A DNA stretch of 63,762 nucleotides, filler included, from Olpidium bornovanus S191 (GCA_017911155.1; 28 parts of 28 records of this genome joined end to end with filler, not necessarily neighbours in it); one strand, 5' to 3'; shown: positions 1-13,421, counted from the first letter of the whole stretch. Notes: a model not told the origin generated them from the sequence alone. Program-made: numbers and translations.

Positions 1-1238
1 CATGTTTGTTTTGGTTGTCGATAAAAAAAAACGTAAACCCCCAATTCAGATCATTACCGCTTGCAGAGGCAGGACGAGGATTGCGCCAAACAGTGCGCGC
101 GGAACAAGGGCCACCGGAAAGAGATCGCCGACGTCCTCACGTTTGCAAGAAACCACCCTCTGGTTTAAGTCATTGATTTTGCGGAGCGCACGCATAGCAA
201 GCGAAATTCGCTTGGCTTTTCGCTCTCCCCTAAATGCGCGCGGCCGACAGCCCGACTGCTGCGAAGGGCACCCGTGACATCCAGCGACTGGCCATTCTGT
301 GAAAACCCCGCTTCTTTCTTCCCCTTACTGACCCGATTACAAGGATCTAAGCGATATCGGCATCGTGCACCAAACGCGCCCTTTTGGGGGCCACTTTTTC
401 CTTTGTCTAAGTAAAACCTATTACGGCCAGGGCGTATTTCGAATACTGTATGAAAACATTCAACGCACGCAGGTTTCCGTTCGCGTCCTTGCCCCTGTTT
501 GACTACCTCGTCCCTTCGCTTTCTCACCACGGGCGCTTGATGGAGAGAAGAAACAAGCTCCCACGACGCGGCCATTAAAAGAATCGTGCGTTCCGCACAT
601 TTGCATTTGTAAACTTCCCCTCCCCCCAAGACCCCCCGCTTCCTCTCTTCCCCTTCCCCTCCTTGGAATTGTGTGCATTAAAAGCTAATGAGATTGCGTT
701 AGATTCGAATGCCCTCCGCAGATTATGCGCAACACGCTGTCTGCCCTTTTTCTTATTTGGGGCGTTTTGTTAACTCAGCTGAAAGGGCGTGATGGTGGCT
801 GGCTTGCTGATAGATTTTCCCATTGAATTTCTTTTGCCCCGGGGAGTGGGGCAGGCGGGGCAAGAGGGATGGGAGTCCAAACCCACGCAGGGCGCGCCAC
901 CTTTGGTGAGAGAAAAAGGTTCTGTGTCTTTTGTCTCTGTCTTTCTCGCTCTCTCTCTCGCTTTCTCGCTCTCCCTCCCCTCTCTCTCTCTCTCTCACTC
1001 TTTCGGCAACCGTGGGCAGCTGCAGAAACGGCGGCCGCAAAGCGCCGCCGACGGGCTTCCCGTGCGCTATTTATTCCCCCTCCTCCAGGTCCCACGCCTC
1101 GCCGGCGGCGAACTACCCACGGCTACCTCCTTCCCCCAGCCCCCACCCCGCCGGGCATCGCGTTTTCCCGCCGCGCGCTCGCCCGTGTCAGTTTTCCACG
1201 CGGTAACGCGGCCCGCAGCAAGCAACTCCGCCAAAACC

Positions 1239-3364
1239 ATGAATCGCCGGTTCCTCTACCGCGCCGCGTGCCTTCTCTCGCCGGTTCTTTTGGCGCTCGG
1301 CTCCGAGCAAAACGTCCTCTCGCGTTCTACCAGCGGGAATGTATGGCCGACCTTGATGGGCCGCCCGGCTCTGATCATCGGTCATCGTGGTAAAAGAAAA
1401 AAACCAAAAAAAAGCTATTACGGAGCAAAAAGTTTCCGGGAGTGGGGGGTTGCTGCGGTGTCAACGGTACCCGACACCGCACAGTCGGGAATCTGTTTTC
1501 ATTCGGTTCGCTCTATTTATCAACTTGGCGCTCACCCTTACTGGGCGATATTCTACCCACACTTTGCAGGCGAGCGCGCCTACATGCCTGAACATGTGGG
1601 TCCTGTGATTTTTGCAAGTAACGTAAACGAAGTAGGGGCGACCTATGTCTGCTGACGAGAGCTTTTTTGTCTTTTTAGACTCTGGGCTCTTATCACCTAG
1701 CGATGTATAACCATGTCGACTTCGTCGAGGTTCGAATCGTTGTGCCCCGTCGGGCGTGACCGGCGACGCAACGAACGCGCACTAAGATTCCAGCTTTAAT
1801 TATTTTGTGCGGCGCAGCCTGACCTTGTCCTTACGAAGGACGGCGTGCCCGTCGCGTACCACGACCTTTGCATTAAGTGCGAGCAACCGGGATTGGCAAG
1901 CCGACCGTCGCGTGCGGCCGGGTCTTATCTCGGCGGTGCGTGACCGTCGTCGCTAGCGTCGTCCTCTTAAACCCATTCACCCTTCGCTCGCCCTTTTGCG
2001 AACATTAGGAGCAACACCGACGTTGCGGACCATCCGGAGTTTGCGCATCGCAAGCGCACCCTCCGTTTCAACGACACCGCCGGGTCGGGCGGGTGGATGA
2101 CCTTCGAAGACGACTGGTGTATCTTTGATTTTACGCTGGCCGAGTTGCAGACTCTCAAAGTCAAGGTGGTGGCACGGCGAACCATTTTCGCAAATTCGGC
2201 GAGGTTGGAAAGGAACGCTGATTTGCTCGTTTTTGTCCCCGTCGCAGGTCAATCCTCGTGGGAAGACGTCGATGCGGCCTCCTGTAAGTTGCAGACGGTA
2301 TCCGAGGGAATTGCCCTGCTGGTCTGACGGACTTTGTAACTAAGGAATGTTACCGGACGAAAGTACTTTAATAATTTGTTCACTATCCCAACGTTTCAAG
2401 AGGTAAATATGCGTTGGTCTTTGCGCGAGGTAGTTTTCTGGTGATTTTGTTGCTAAATCGGACACACTCAGTAGTTTCTGGACCTTGTCCATAACGGTCG
2501 GTGTTAAAGCACAACGGAACACCCTTTGCGTGGATGTCTCCTGGCTGTTGCCTTTCTGCTAACACTATTTGACTCTCCAGTCTCAAGCCAGATTGGCCGT
2601 ACGTTCGGCATCATTCCCGAGCTTAAACACTGCTACTGTAAGCTCGAAATCCTGTTGCTGTCGTCTTTCTTTGCTTTTCGGCACGGCTTGTTTGGTTGAT
2701 CACATCGCTCTACCCGCAGTTCATTCCAAGTTGCGCCCGGAGTACCCCCGTTACTTTGAAGACAAAGCTCTTGCGATGCTTGAAGCCAACGGTTACCCGC
2801 GCTACGGCCCTATCCCCAATAACCGTGGACCGGTTGTGATCCAGAACTTCGAGGTCGAGAGCGCTAAGTAAGTCTCGATATCCCATTTCCTTGCTGCGTT
2901 GCCTTGTAAGGCGCTCGGGCAGGGGCATGCCAATGCGGCAATCTCCCACGCATAGCCATTTCGAACTATTTAGATATCTCCGCTCGAGAACGGACAAGGA
3001 CATTTTGCAGCTCATGTACCTAAACCCCAGGCTTGTAACGCCGAATGGCTTAGACGAAGTCGCCGGGTACGCGACTTACGTCGGTTTCATGAAGGAGGTG
3101 AGAAGAGGACCGCGCCGAAGAGGTGTTTGGAAATCCCTCACGTGTTCCGCGGCCAATGTCGTTGGCAAATTTTGCTCCGCGTCTTCCAGTTCTACACCAT
3201 AGGCGCCGATGAGGTTTTCCGTTATCTCCGCATCCCCTACGACCATGACGAAGTCCAGCGACTCGGCGGTTTCATCTCCGCGAAGGATTTGTCGCAAGAG
3301 GTGAAGAAGCGGCGGTTTGCCCAGACCCCGTACACGTTCTACAGGTTGGTTTCAGTTGCCCACA
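1239..3364 (+). CDS. Secreted glycerophosphodiester phosphodiesterase (GDPD family), multi-exon, 3'-truncated
   Basis: Hydrophobic N-terminus MNRRFLYRAACLLSPVLLALG, then IIGHRG|GERAYMPEH, LGSYHLAM..DFVE, DLVLTKDGVPVAYHD, DFTLAELQTLKVK and VVIQNFE. These are the GDPD catalytic motifs, split by GT-AG introns. Confidence 0.9.
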
Positions 3365-3464
3365 NNNNNNNNNNNNNNNNNNNNNNNNNNNNNNNNNNNN
3401 NNNNNNNNTTAATTAATTAANNNNNNNNNNNNNNNNNNNNNNNNNNNNNNNNNNNNNNNNNNNN
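3365..3464. other. Artificial contig-joining spacer (44 N + TTAATTAATTAA + 44 N); 27 copies in the window
   Basis: Identical 100-bp structure with stops in all six frames. It recurs starting at 6730, 8500, 10766, 12718, 13866, 16411, 17859, 19153, 22864, 25109, 27497, 29873, 32680, 33803, 37040, 38178, 42351, 44560, 45882, 47806, 49788, 51251, 55469, 57457, 60049 and 61279. Confidence 0.99.
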
Positions 3465-4696
3465 ACATGTGCGTCTGAGTCGATCCTTTCGTCCGCGGAA
3501 ATGTTTGCACGGGTTTCCTTTTCCGGCCTGGAAGGCGTGCGGCCGTGGCCCCGGGATCGCCGCTGTGCTGTTGAACGGTTCGGGAGGGTCATTCGCTTTC
3601 GCCGACTATAAGAAGAGGACCGCGGTACGGCCCGAGAAAAAGCGCCCGGAGGCGCATCCTCCGAACGCGCGTCCCGCGTCCATTCCGCGGATCAGAAACC
3701 GGCGAAAAAACGACGCAGGCGCGTCGGGTTCGTTTCGCTGACAAGCGAAAGCCGTTTTGCGATGACGCTCGTCTACGTCCGCCTCCGGACCTGCCCGCTA
3801 TCCAGGGGCTTGGCGGCCGAAACGGGGCCCGAAGCGAGGTTCAAAAGGAAGAACCTGGTCGAAAACGTCGCAAACCATCGCAGCCGCGCATCACGGGACT
3901 GCGTGCTGTCCTCACTCGCAACACATCAGTGCCGTACTGTTCAGCCCTGAGACGTTCAACGGCAGCGGTGATAACTGGTTGCAGTGGCTCGAGTCACGGA
4001 CGAGCTCGCTTTTGGCCCAGGGTCGGTGCTGTCCGGCCTGTCACCGCTGCGCCAGGTCCCAGATCGTCTTTCTGAGAAGCGATCGCGGCGTTGTCTCGGG
4101 GGGTCCCAGCTGTGCAGGCGTGTTTCCAAGCTGTAACTAGCCTCCCGCCGTTCGGGGGAGAGGGTCAAGGGAGGGAATCGGCTGGACATTGTCCGTTTGC
4201 CCCACAGACGATTTTCCGTGGACCCGGTTGCGGGCGTAGGCTTTCATGAGAAAGAAGGGGGGAGGGAGGAAACGGCACCGCGTGCCGCGTTTTGCGCTCG
4301 CGAGTTTCTTTCCCGCGCTAATAAGTGCGCGTGCGGCGCATGGGGATCAGCGGGCAGCGCGCGCTTCCGACGAGCGAAGCCGAAGCAGCAGCAGGAGGAG
4401 CCCGTGATCTCGCGGAGGCCGGGGCGCCGCCCGCCGGCCGGCCAGCTCGAAAGCTTCCGGCGCGCGGAAAGGCTTCCACGGCGCTGCGGTGCGAAGTTGA
4501 GGAGATTTTATGGCGAAGGAAAAAGGAGCCCCATCCTACGCGCACCCACGCACGCCCGCGACTCTTTTTAGGTCTTGCGGCAGTCGCCTCTTCGCCTGCC
4601 TCCGCGGGAATGTCCGGGAGGGAAAAGTTGGGGTTACAGGGGGCGGAAGAATTTTTTGCAGGACCTTCCTTTTTTTTTCTCTCTGCGAGAACAAAA

Positions 4697-4731
<35 letters not shown>

Positions 4732-4776
4732 CACCCGCGCGGCACCCCCCACCCCCCCTTTTCTCTTTCCCATTTC

Positions 4777-4816
<40 letters not shown>

Positions 4817-4899
4817 TCTTCTGTTGAAGCCGCAGCGCAGCGGACATTTATAACTCCCCTAACAAAACAGAACGAACAAACAAATAAAAAGAAAATCCA

Positions 4900-6668
4900 A
4901 TGGGAAGCAGGCCCCGCCGCAAGGACGAGGCCGACGCCGGCCGGCCATCCACCGGCCGGGCCGCCGCCGCGTCCCCGCCGGAACAGGCCCTCGCCGTCGT
5001 TTCGCCGGACGGCCGAGTTTCCGCGGCAGGCAGCCACGGGTCTGCGAAGAAGAAGAAGAGCAAGGACAAGACGAAGAAGAGTCCCCCCGGTGACAGGAAA
5101 CGGAAGGTCGCCGAGAACTCGGCCGGCTCGGAGCCGGCCTGCAAGAAACGGAGAAACTCGCCGGAACCCCGCGAGCAAGGCGGCCCGGCGGAGGACGAGG
5201 AGGAGAAGGAGGAGGAGAAGGAGGACGAGGTAGAACGGCGCGGCGAGAGGAACGGAAAAACTGAGGACGGCTCACGCGCGGGGGAGGAGGAAGGCCCGTC
5301 AGAGGAAGCGGACGGCGCGGCGGTAACCCCCGAAGCCTTTGGCGTTCCGCCTGCGGCCGCCTCCGACGGCACAGAAAACGCGGTCGGCGATTTCGTCACT
5401 GTTCTGAACGGTAAAGGCTAGTTCCGGGCGGCGGCAGTCGGCTTCCCCCCACCCCCCCCACCCCCGGGTTCCGGGTTTCTCCTCCCGCGCATTTCCCTCT
5501 CGGTTCCTGATCCCCGCCGCTTTTTGGCACGTTTCCTGACGCCGCCCCGTCCTCGCTTTTTTTTCGCGTCGTTCTCTGTCTTCAGCCCCAGAGTCGGAGG
5601 ATCCGCAACCGAGCCTTGACTTCAAGTCTCTGCGGTTGTCGGAAAAGACGCAGAAGGGCCTCGACGACATGGGGTTCACCAAGATGACCGAAGTTCAGGC
5701 GAAGACGATTCCGCCGCTCCTGGCGGGCCGTGACGTTTTGGGCGCGGCGAAGACCGGGTCGGGAAAGACTCTCGCGTTCCTGGTCCCGGCGGTGGAGCTC
5801 CTTTATCAGCTGAAATTCAAGCCGAGAAACGGTGCGCTTTTTTTGTTTAGACGGCGAATTGCGGCTCCGTCTCAGGCTCCGCTTCCATTTGTCATTGGAA
5901 GGACAATCTGTCTGACTCACCCGCCGTGGTTTTTTTTTTGTTTTCTTTGAAGGCACTGGTGTCATCGTGATCTCGCCGACGAGGGAACTCGCATTGCAGA
6001 TTTTTGGCGTGGCCAAGGATATCTTAGCGCACCACCAGCACACCTTCGGCATCGTCATCGGCGGTGCTAATAGGAAGGCGGAGGCAGAGAAGCTCATCAA
6101 GGGTGTCAACCTGCTCATCGCGACGCCTGGGCGGCTTCTCGACCACCTGCAGAACACGAAGGGCTTCGTGTTCAAGAATCTGAAGAGCCTCGTTATCGAC
6201 GAGGCAGACCGCATTCTTGAAGCCGGTTTCGAGGACGAAATGAAGCAGATCATTAAAATCATCCCTTCCGGTAAAGGCCGGGGATGACGGGCGGTTGTGG
6301 AGCCTGAACGCGAGCCTTATTTTTTAAAAAACAAATTACAAGAGCTGACTTCAAGCCTGATGTTTCCAGATCGCCAGACGATGCTCTTCTCCGCCACGCA
6401 GACCACCAAGGTCGAAGACCTCGCCCGGATTTCGCTAAAAAAAGGCCCGCTTTACATTAACGTTCACGAGCACAAAGAGGTCGCCACAGCGGAGGGACTG
6501 GAGCAGGGCTACGTGGTGTGCGATTCGGAAAAGCGGTTCCTCCTCCTCTTCACGTTCTTGAAAAAGAACCTCAAGAAGAAGGTCATCGTTTTCTTCTCGA
6601 GCTGCAATTCTGTCAAGTACTACTCTGAGCTGCTGAACTACATCGATATACCAGTCCTGGACCTCCAC
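4900..6668 (+). CDS. HAS1: DEAD-box RNA helicase Has1/DDX18 (60S biogenesis), 3'-truncated
   Basis: Q motif [36 protein letters not shown], then [40 protein letters not shown] and [25 protein letters not shown]. The N-terminal exon is charged and low-complexity. Confidence 0.95.
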
Positions 6669-6829
6669 GTGAGTCGACACAGCGCCGGACAAGAGGCCCG
6701 TGCGACCTGATGTCATATTTCCGCTCATGNNNNNNNNNNNNNNNNNNNNNNNNNNNNNNNNNNNNNNNNNNNNTTAATTAATTAANNNNNNNNNNNNNNN
6801 NNNNNNNNNNNNNNNNNNNNNNNNNNNNN

Positions 6830-6960
6830 CATGTACGTTTTGCGCTGAGAACCTCCCTCCTCCACGCAAAGTTCACACAATCTGCAGCGAGGTGGGGTGT
6901 TACAGTAAGAACGTAGTAGTTTTGCACGTCCGTAGTGGGGAGAGTGAGAAAAATCACAGG
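6830..6960 (+). mobile_element. 3' end of a Ty1/copia element: pol tail, polypurine tract and start of the 3' LTR
   Basis: RTSLLHAKFTQSAARWGV resembles the copia pol C-terminus. It is followed by GAGGTGGGG|TGTTAC (LTR TG at 6898), the same architecture as at 8076-8090. Confidence 0.45.
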
Positions 6961-7696
6961 CACACGAAGTATAAAAAAAAAACCAAAAAAACTGGGAACG
7001 GAGAGGATGGACGGAGAGAACAGTACCTTCTTCCTCCTCCACAGGAACTTGGGCAGCAAGGGTTTTATCATCGAAAAGGAAAATTCTTGTGCATAGATTG
7101 CACACGCGGGCAAGCATTGTTTTCTCCGGCGCTCTAAGAGTCGTTTTCCAAACGCGTAGGCTCGTTGTCTGGAGAACGTGCTGCCTTGTCCTCGGGTCTG
7201 CTTGCCGTGCACAGTCGCAGGTGGCGGCTGCCCAGCGGTCCCTGCTTGGCGGCAACTAACGGCATGTGTTTCTTCTTATGGTTTCCGCCTTTTTTTCTTC
7301 TTCCTTTGTGGTAGATGCGGCCATGCTTGGCAAGGCGCGCGGCAAAGGCGTCGGCGCAAGGCGGAGGCGAAGGCGGAGCCACTGGGGCGCGCTGAAGCCG
7401 TCACAAGCGCGGCGGCGGAGTGTGCGGCTTGGCGAAGGCGCGACGGCGGAGGCGCGCACTGCGGAAGTCGTAAAACACGTGCTTCCACAACCGGGTTCAT
7501 CACCCTTCTTGCTGGGACCCCGATTTCCTGGCGTTCCGTAAGGCAAACCTGCGTGTCAACGTCGACATGCTGAGGCCGAATTTGTCGCTGGTTTTTCCGC
7601 AGCGCATGAAGTCCAATGGCTCCGTTCGCCACTTCGCACCCTATTGCCCGACACCGTTAACTGCCCGACGCCCTTCCATATGGGCAGCAAGCCGCA

Positions 7697-8200
7697 TTGG
7701 ATCTCGCGGCGGGCAAATGGCCCAAACGGAGTAAACACATCAATATCCGTTTTCGCCATCTCCGTTGTCTCGCAGCAGACGGCACCATCGCACCGGATCA
7801 CGTCCCTGGAGTCGATAATCCAGCTGACCTACTCACCAAGCCCCATCGAACGGACCAAGTTCGAGAAGTTCCGTGTGGCCATCGGCGTCGGCAGGCGTTT
7901 GGTGACACGATTGTGCACCGCGATACTGATTACCTCAGAATCCTTCATAGTTTGTTCACGGCCATCGCACTCCCCTTCGATTCGCACCCGTTTCCACCTG
8001 TTTCCCATCGTTTCGATCGCGGACCGTTCACATTTTTTTTGTTCACTTCTTTCCTCTGCTCAGAGTGCACACGTCAAGGTGGGGTGTTGGGTTATATGCG
8101 AGTCGTGCGTAGTAGCACTAGTAGTATTCGTAGCACGCCTCCCTCAATACAACCAAAACACTCTCATAGAACCCGCCCGTCACGGCAATCAACATATGCA
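7697..8200 (+). mobile_element. Ty1/copia RNase H C-terminus (frameshifted), PPT and 3' LTR start
   Basis: KRSKHINIRFRHLR..HVPGVDNPADLLTKP, continuing after a frameshift as IERTKFEKFRVAIGV. PPT-like AAGGTGGGG at 8076-8084, then TGTTGG at 8085. Confidence 0.8.
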
Positions 8201-8275
8201 GGTCCACGATGCAGGTCCACGTGGCTCCAGAGATTTCTATTTTTACAGCGTGGGGGCGTGCCGAGGAAAGGGAGT

Positions 8276-8310
<35 letters not shown>

Positions 8311-8347
8311 CCCCCCGGCCCCCCCCCCCCCCGCCCCCCCCCCGCCG

Positions 8348-8380
<33 letters not shown>

Positions 8381-8915
8381 ACCACCACCACCACCACCAC
8401 AAACAACAACAACACCACCGCCAATCCCGGTGCGACAAGAACCCCCCTTACGCATCCCAACGATTTTTCGTCGCGGACGTGACCTAGAGGCGCCGGTGGN
8501 NNNNNNNNNNNNNNNNNNNNNNNNNNNNNNNNNNNNNNNNNNNTTAATTAATTAANNNNNNNNNNNNNNNNNNNNNNNNNNNNNNNNNNNNNNNNNNNNA
8601 CGATTACCACACGCAGCAAAGATTCTTTTCTTTCTGCGAAAAACGCGGAAACGCACTTGCCACCGGCAAAAAAAAAAAAAGGTGCGAACTTCTCGCAAAA
8701 AAAAAAAAAAAAAAAAAAAAGAAAAAAGAAACGGCGAAGGCGAGCGCGGGAAAAGAAGGGAAGGTGGAAACTGAATGAGGCGCTCCTCGATCCATCATTT
8801 TGCGCGCAGGCATCCCGCGAAAGAAAAAAAAAATTGGCATTCGGACAAGCGAAGCGAACAACCAAAAAAAACCCCCATAAAAATAATAATAAAAATTGAA
8901 AAATTCCAAAAGAAG

Positions 8916-9932
8916 ATGGACGTCGGCGACCAAGGAACGGCCGCGACGACGGCGGCGCCTCCGTTCGCGAACCGATCGCGAGCCTCGCTCTACGCGGCCC
9001 CGACGGCGGGATCGCCGCCGATCAGAGCCGCCTTAACGATCGAAATTCCTCCCGTGGGGGGGGACTGCGGAGAACGCCCGACGGCGGCGGCGGCGGCGGG
9101 AGGCCCCGCTTCGTCTGCCTCCGCCCAGTCGTCGTCCGCGCCGCTGCTCTCGATGTCGGAGCGGAAGGCCGGCAAGATGGCCGCTGGCGGCGGCGGCGGC
9201 GAGCGGCGGCGGTCGCCCGCGAGCGCCGGCCTCGACGCCCGCGGCCCGGCGCCCGCCGCCGCGGACGACGGGCCCCTCCTCCGCGCGCCCGCGATCCGCT
9301 CGGACGTCATCGTCCAGCTCAACAACATCCACAAGACTTACCTGCTCGGAGTGGAAGGCGTCCCCGCGCTGCGGTGCGTTTTCGCGCCGGCCCGGAGAAA
9401 AATTACGCCAAAGGAGGAAAAAAAAAATTTTTTTTTTTCGTTTTCGGCCCTGACCACCCCCCCCACCACCCCGACCCCACAACCCCACGGGTAAGAAAAC
9501 GGACGCGCTCGCGAGGCGTCGCCTAACTATTTCTTTTTTCCCGTTCCTTCCCCCCCCCCCGGAATCGGGACAAAAGGGGGGTTTCCATGAGAATATGTCG
9601 CGGCGAATGGGTCGTCGTCTACGGCACGTCGGGAGGAGGAAAAACTTCGCTTCTCAACATCATCGGAACCGTCGACACGCCGACCAAAGGGGATCTGACC
9701 GTCTGCGGGACGAAGATCACCTCGAGAACGAAAGACGCGGAGCTCGCCTTCCTCCGGCTAACCAAACTGTGGGTACTCCCCCCCTGGCCTCACCGCCCGA
9801 AAAAGACCCGTTTTACCCGCCCGGTTTCCCCCCCCCCCACTTCGCCGCGCACCCCGCGCCGGTGCAAAGTCACACGCGCGCCCCGCGCGCACAACTCACA
9901 AACCCCTTTTATCCAAACCCCCTCCCTCCTCT

Positions 9933-9977
<45 letters not shown>

Positions 9978-10530
9978 ACCCCCCTGCCTTCCCCCCCCCC
10001 GCACATCACACGCGCGCGCGCGCGGCGTCCCGCTCAGAGGATTCGTCTTCCAAACGTTCAACCTTCTGCCGTCGATGACCGCCCGCGAAAACGTCGAGCT
10101 GCCGATGATGCTCGCCGCTCGGCGCTCGCCCGCGGAGCGTCGGGCGGCCGCCGCGGCCTCGCTGCACAGCGTCGGCCTGAGCCACCGCCTCGGCCACTTC
10201 CCGAACCAGCTCAGCGGCGGCGAGCAGCAGCGCGTGACCATCGCGAGGGCCATTGCGAATTCTCCGGAGCTGCTGCTCCTTGACGAACCCACGTGCGTTT
10301 TTGTGAAATTTTCGTCTTCTTCGTTTTCCTTTTTACTTTTTCCTTTGGCCGAAAACGCCGGGCGGAGGAGCAGAGAAGGGGGGAAAGGGGGGAGAGTGAA
10401 GGTGGGTGGGGGGAAGGAGGGAACAGCGCTCTGATTCTGACCTCGCCGCGGGATTTCGTCCAGCGGCGACCTCGACACGGCAAACACGAACAAAATCGTG
10501 GAGCTGCTGCACCGGCTGAACCTCGAGCAA
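8916..10530 (+). CDS. Stand-alone ABC ATPase of the LolD/MacB/FtsE type, at least 4 exons, 3'-truncated
   Basis: [15 protein letters not shown], Walker [44 protein letters not shown], signature [22 protein letters not shown], Walker B LLLLDEPT|GDLD. No transmembrane segment in the part present. Confidence 0.9.
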
Positions 10531-10666
10531 TGTGGGTGCGACATTTTTTTTTTTTTTTTTTGGTTCCCGCCCTTTTTTTTTCGTTCACGCGTGGAACGCG
10601 GGGTAGGCAGCCAAAAAAGAAGAAAGTTGTGCCCGAAAAAAAAAACAACCTTCTCACTTGCCCTCC

Positions 10667-10757
<91 letters not shown>

Positions 10758-10869
10758 CCACCGCCNNNNNNNNNNNNNNNNNNNNNNNNNNNNNNNNNNN
10801 NNNNNNNNNTTAATTAATTAANNNNNNNNNNNNNNNNNNNNNNNNNNNNNNNNNNNNNNNNNNNNCCCG

Positions 10870-10912
<43 letters not shown>

Positions 10913-10953
10913 TGAACAACCCTGATAAGCAGTTGCTAGTCGAAGTAACGCAC

Positions 10954-12072
10954 CTGCTCGTTGCAGATCCGCCGCAGGTCGGCGACGTCACGACCGTGCT
11001 TCGCCGCGGGTACGTTGAAGATCAGGCGTACCCAATGCGTGAGGGAAATTTCGCTTGCGTGCGTCGGTTTGGACGGGTTCGTTCCCGAGGCTCGTCCGGG
11101 CAGCAGAGCCTTCGCGAACGTTTGTAACGGGCCACAAAATCGATCAACTGGATGTCACGCCGGCCTGGTTACACTGCTGCGTTCGAATTTCCGGGTCAAC
11201 GTCCCTACAAAATGGAGGAACTCACATCTCGGTAAAGATCCAGGTACTCAAGCACAGCGGGAGAAACTGATCCTCGAGGACAATCCGTGAGCAGTGTGGA
11301 CTTAAGCAACTCCAGGAAGGCGGCAGTGGCCCTGAATATCCGCGTGTTCGGAGAATCAGGCCGGTTCTTCGCAGAAGCGGTTGGTACGGGGACGGATTTG
11401 GCCTGGAAAGTGATGCACTGGACCCATGTGAGGAGGATGTCCTCCACCTGTCGACGTCGCATCGGAAGAGTGAGAACTAAACTCTTCCCGTCCACAAGAG
11501 GACCCGAGTTTAATTTATGAACCGCCGGACCGGCGACACACCTTGCTAAATGGGCGCGGGATTTCATTTTTCTCGAGGCTTTTTCCAAAAAGAGCAAGGC
11601 TGTGAAGGAACAGCACGTCGTCTCCGGTAGTCTCTTTAATCAAAGCCGTGCACACGTCGCTCTCCGCGAGGACGCTGCGGAGCCGGCCTTTTAAACCGGA
11701 GATCAGCTTCTTGGGCACCTTCAGGGGATGGGACGGCGCAAGGACGTCGCGGATAAGGCTGTGGATGTCGCTGGCAACGGCGTGAGACACCTCGGAAAGA
11801 GCGGAGCATTTGGGCCGGGCGGCCTGCGACCGGGCTGACGCGGAGGGTAGGACTGTGCAGCGGAGGACTGCGGGGTAGAGTTCCGCGGCGAGGTTCGGCG
11901 GAGGCGCAACCGGACTCGCCGACGCGAGACGTAGCTGGTCCGGGCCCGGCGCGGCAGGCGGGCGCCGTTCGGCCGCCTTGTTGTCCGCCGGGACGGGCGG
12001 CAGCGGCCGTCGATCGGAACGCGGGTTGCCGCCTGCGGGCGGCGCGTCGCGAGGCTGGCGGTGCGTGAGCAT
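10954..12072 (-). CDS. Conserved fungal protein fragment, possibly the N-terminus of the Git1/YOR296W-like C2 + Munc13-homology family
   Basis: Helical blocks ELYPAVLRCTVL, VPKKLISGLKGRLRSVL, RRQVEDILLTWV and WVRLIFNVPAAKHGRDVADLRRICNEQ|GTGCGT (donor). The family assignment rests on recalled resemblance only. Confidence 0.4.
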
Positions 12073-12878
12073 TCCGCGCGCCTTCTCGTTTCTCCTTATT
12101 CGCGAACCCGCGCGGCGGCGCAGGGGGATGAGGGGAGAGGGAGACGGAAGGGAGAAGTGGGAAAAGGGGCACCAGGCGCGTCCTTCCCCGCACCCAGAAA
12201 ACCCGCGCAACAGCGGGCGTCATGCGCACAACTGCCCGCCAAGGGAAACTGACGAAAGGACTTCCCCCGCTCGACCCGAGGGGCGGCTGTCCGTCCAGTT
12301 CTCTTCCTTTCCGATTGGCCGCGCGCTGTTCGTAGTGCCGGGGAACCCCGGCCTTTCGAGAGGCGCGTGACGCGTCCGCGCTCTCGAACACATTACTTCC
12401 CCCCCCCCCCACCGGGTTTTCCCTCCCCTCCCCCCCCCTTCCTTATGCGGAGAAGCGCGTCCATCTCACCGTGGGCTGCCCGGTTTTTACCGAGCCCGGA
12501 CTGCAGACTCTGGGGGGGGGTGGGGGGGGAGGGGAGGAAGGAGTGTAGAATATGAGTTTTGAGAGGAGCTCAAAGAGCTCTTCTGTATTCCGCCGATCTG
12601 CCGGGTTTTACATAGAAGGAAAATCTCCGGGCGGGTGCGCGCAGTGCTACGGTAGCTCGGTTCTTTATTTCTAACAAGGAGAGGACGGGAGCGCTGTGAA
12701 TTGGCGCCGCTTGTCGANNNNNNNNNNNNNNNNNNNNNNNNNNNNNNNNNNNNNNNNNNNNTTAATTAATTAANNNNNNNNNNNNNNNNNNNNNNNNNNN
12801 NNNNNNNNNNNNNNNNNCCCTCCTCGTCCATTTCCTTCCCCCCGCCCTCCCTCGTGCCCGCCGCGCCGGTTTATAAAG

Positions 12879-13421
12879 GCGCTGTTCGCGCTGAACAACC
12901 AGAACGGCAAGATATCTCTGGACGAGATCTCGATCATGCTCAAGGCGGGGGGCCTCCCCGACGACGAGATCTCCAAAGTTTTCACCAACATGCACCTGAC
13001 CGAACAGCGCGTGGGGTGAGTAACACCCTCCCACCACCGGAACAAACCGGTGATTGCGGGGACCTATCGTCTTTTTTTTTGTTCCCCTAGCCGGCGTGTT
13101 GTCGGCATCGTAAGACGGAAGGGGGGAGGAGGGGGGTGGCTGCCCGTTCGGCCGAATTATGTGGGTGGGAAGTGGGGGGGGGGGTTGGTCCAACCACCCC
13201 TCCCCACCGAAACAAAACAGATTCCGCGATAAAAAAAATTTGATCCCCCCCCCCGCCTCATTTTGCTGCTTTTCCCCTCCCTTCGTTTTTCCCCGCGGCC
13301 CCGCAGGCTGCTCGATTTCCTAAGCAACATTCCCTTCTACCTGAAGATGCACTCAAACATCGTCAAGCACGCCCTCGATACCGGGGACCAAATGACCGCG
13401 GCTGAACTTTTCGAGTCGTGA
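12879..13421 (+). CDS. C-terminal two exons of an EF-hand-like protein
   Basis: Splicing 12879-13015 to 13307-13421 gives ALFALNNQNGKISLDEISIMLKAGGLPDDEISKVF..RVGLLDFLSNIPFYLKMHSNIVKHALD..ES*. The NNQNGKISLDE segment resembles an EF loop, and the phases match across the GT-AG intron. Confidence 0.6.

Noticed and set aside
3409-3420. Recurrent TTAATTAATTAA palindrome as a biological repeat or att site
   Set aside because: Always flanked by exactly 44 N on each side; it is a six-frame stop linker used to concatenate contigs.
4318-5275. Long antisense and overlapping ORFs over HAS1, and similar ones over ARG4, NhaC, the CCCH gene and GBP
   Set aside because: Shadow frames of GC-rich coding sequence and homopolymer tracts (poly-F/K/P/G), with no independent motifs.
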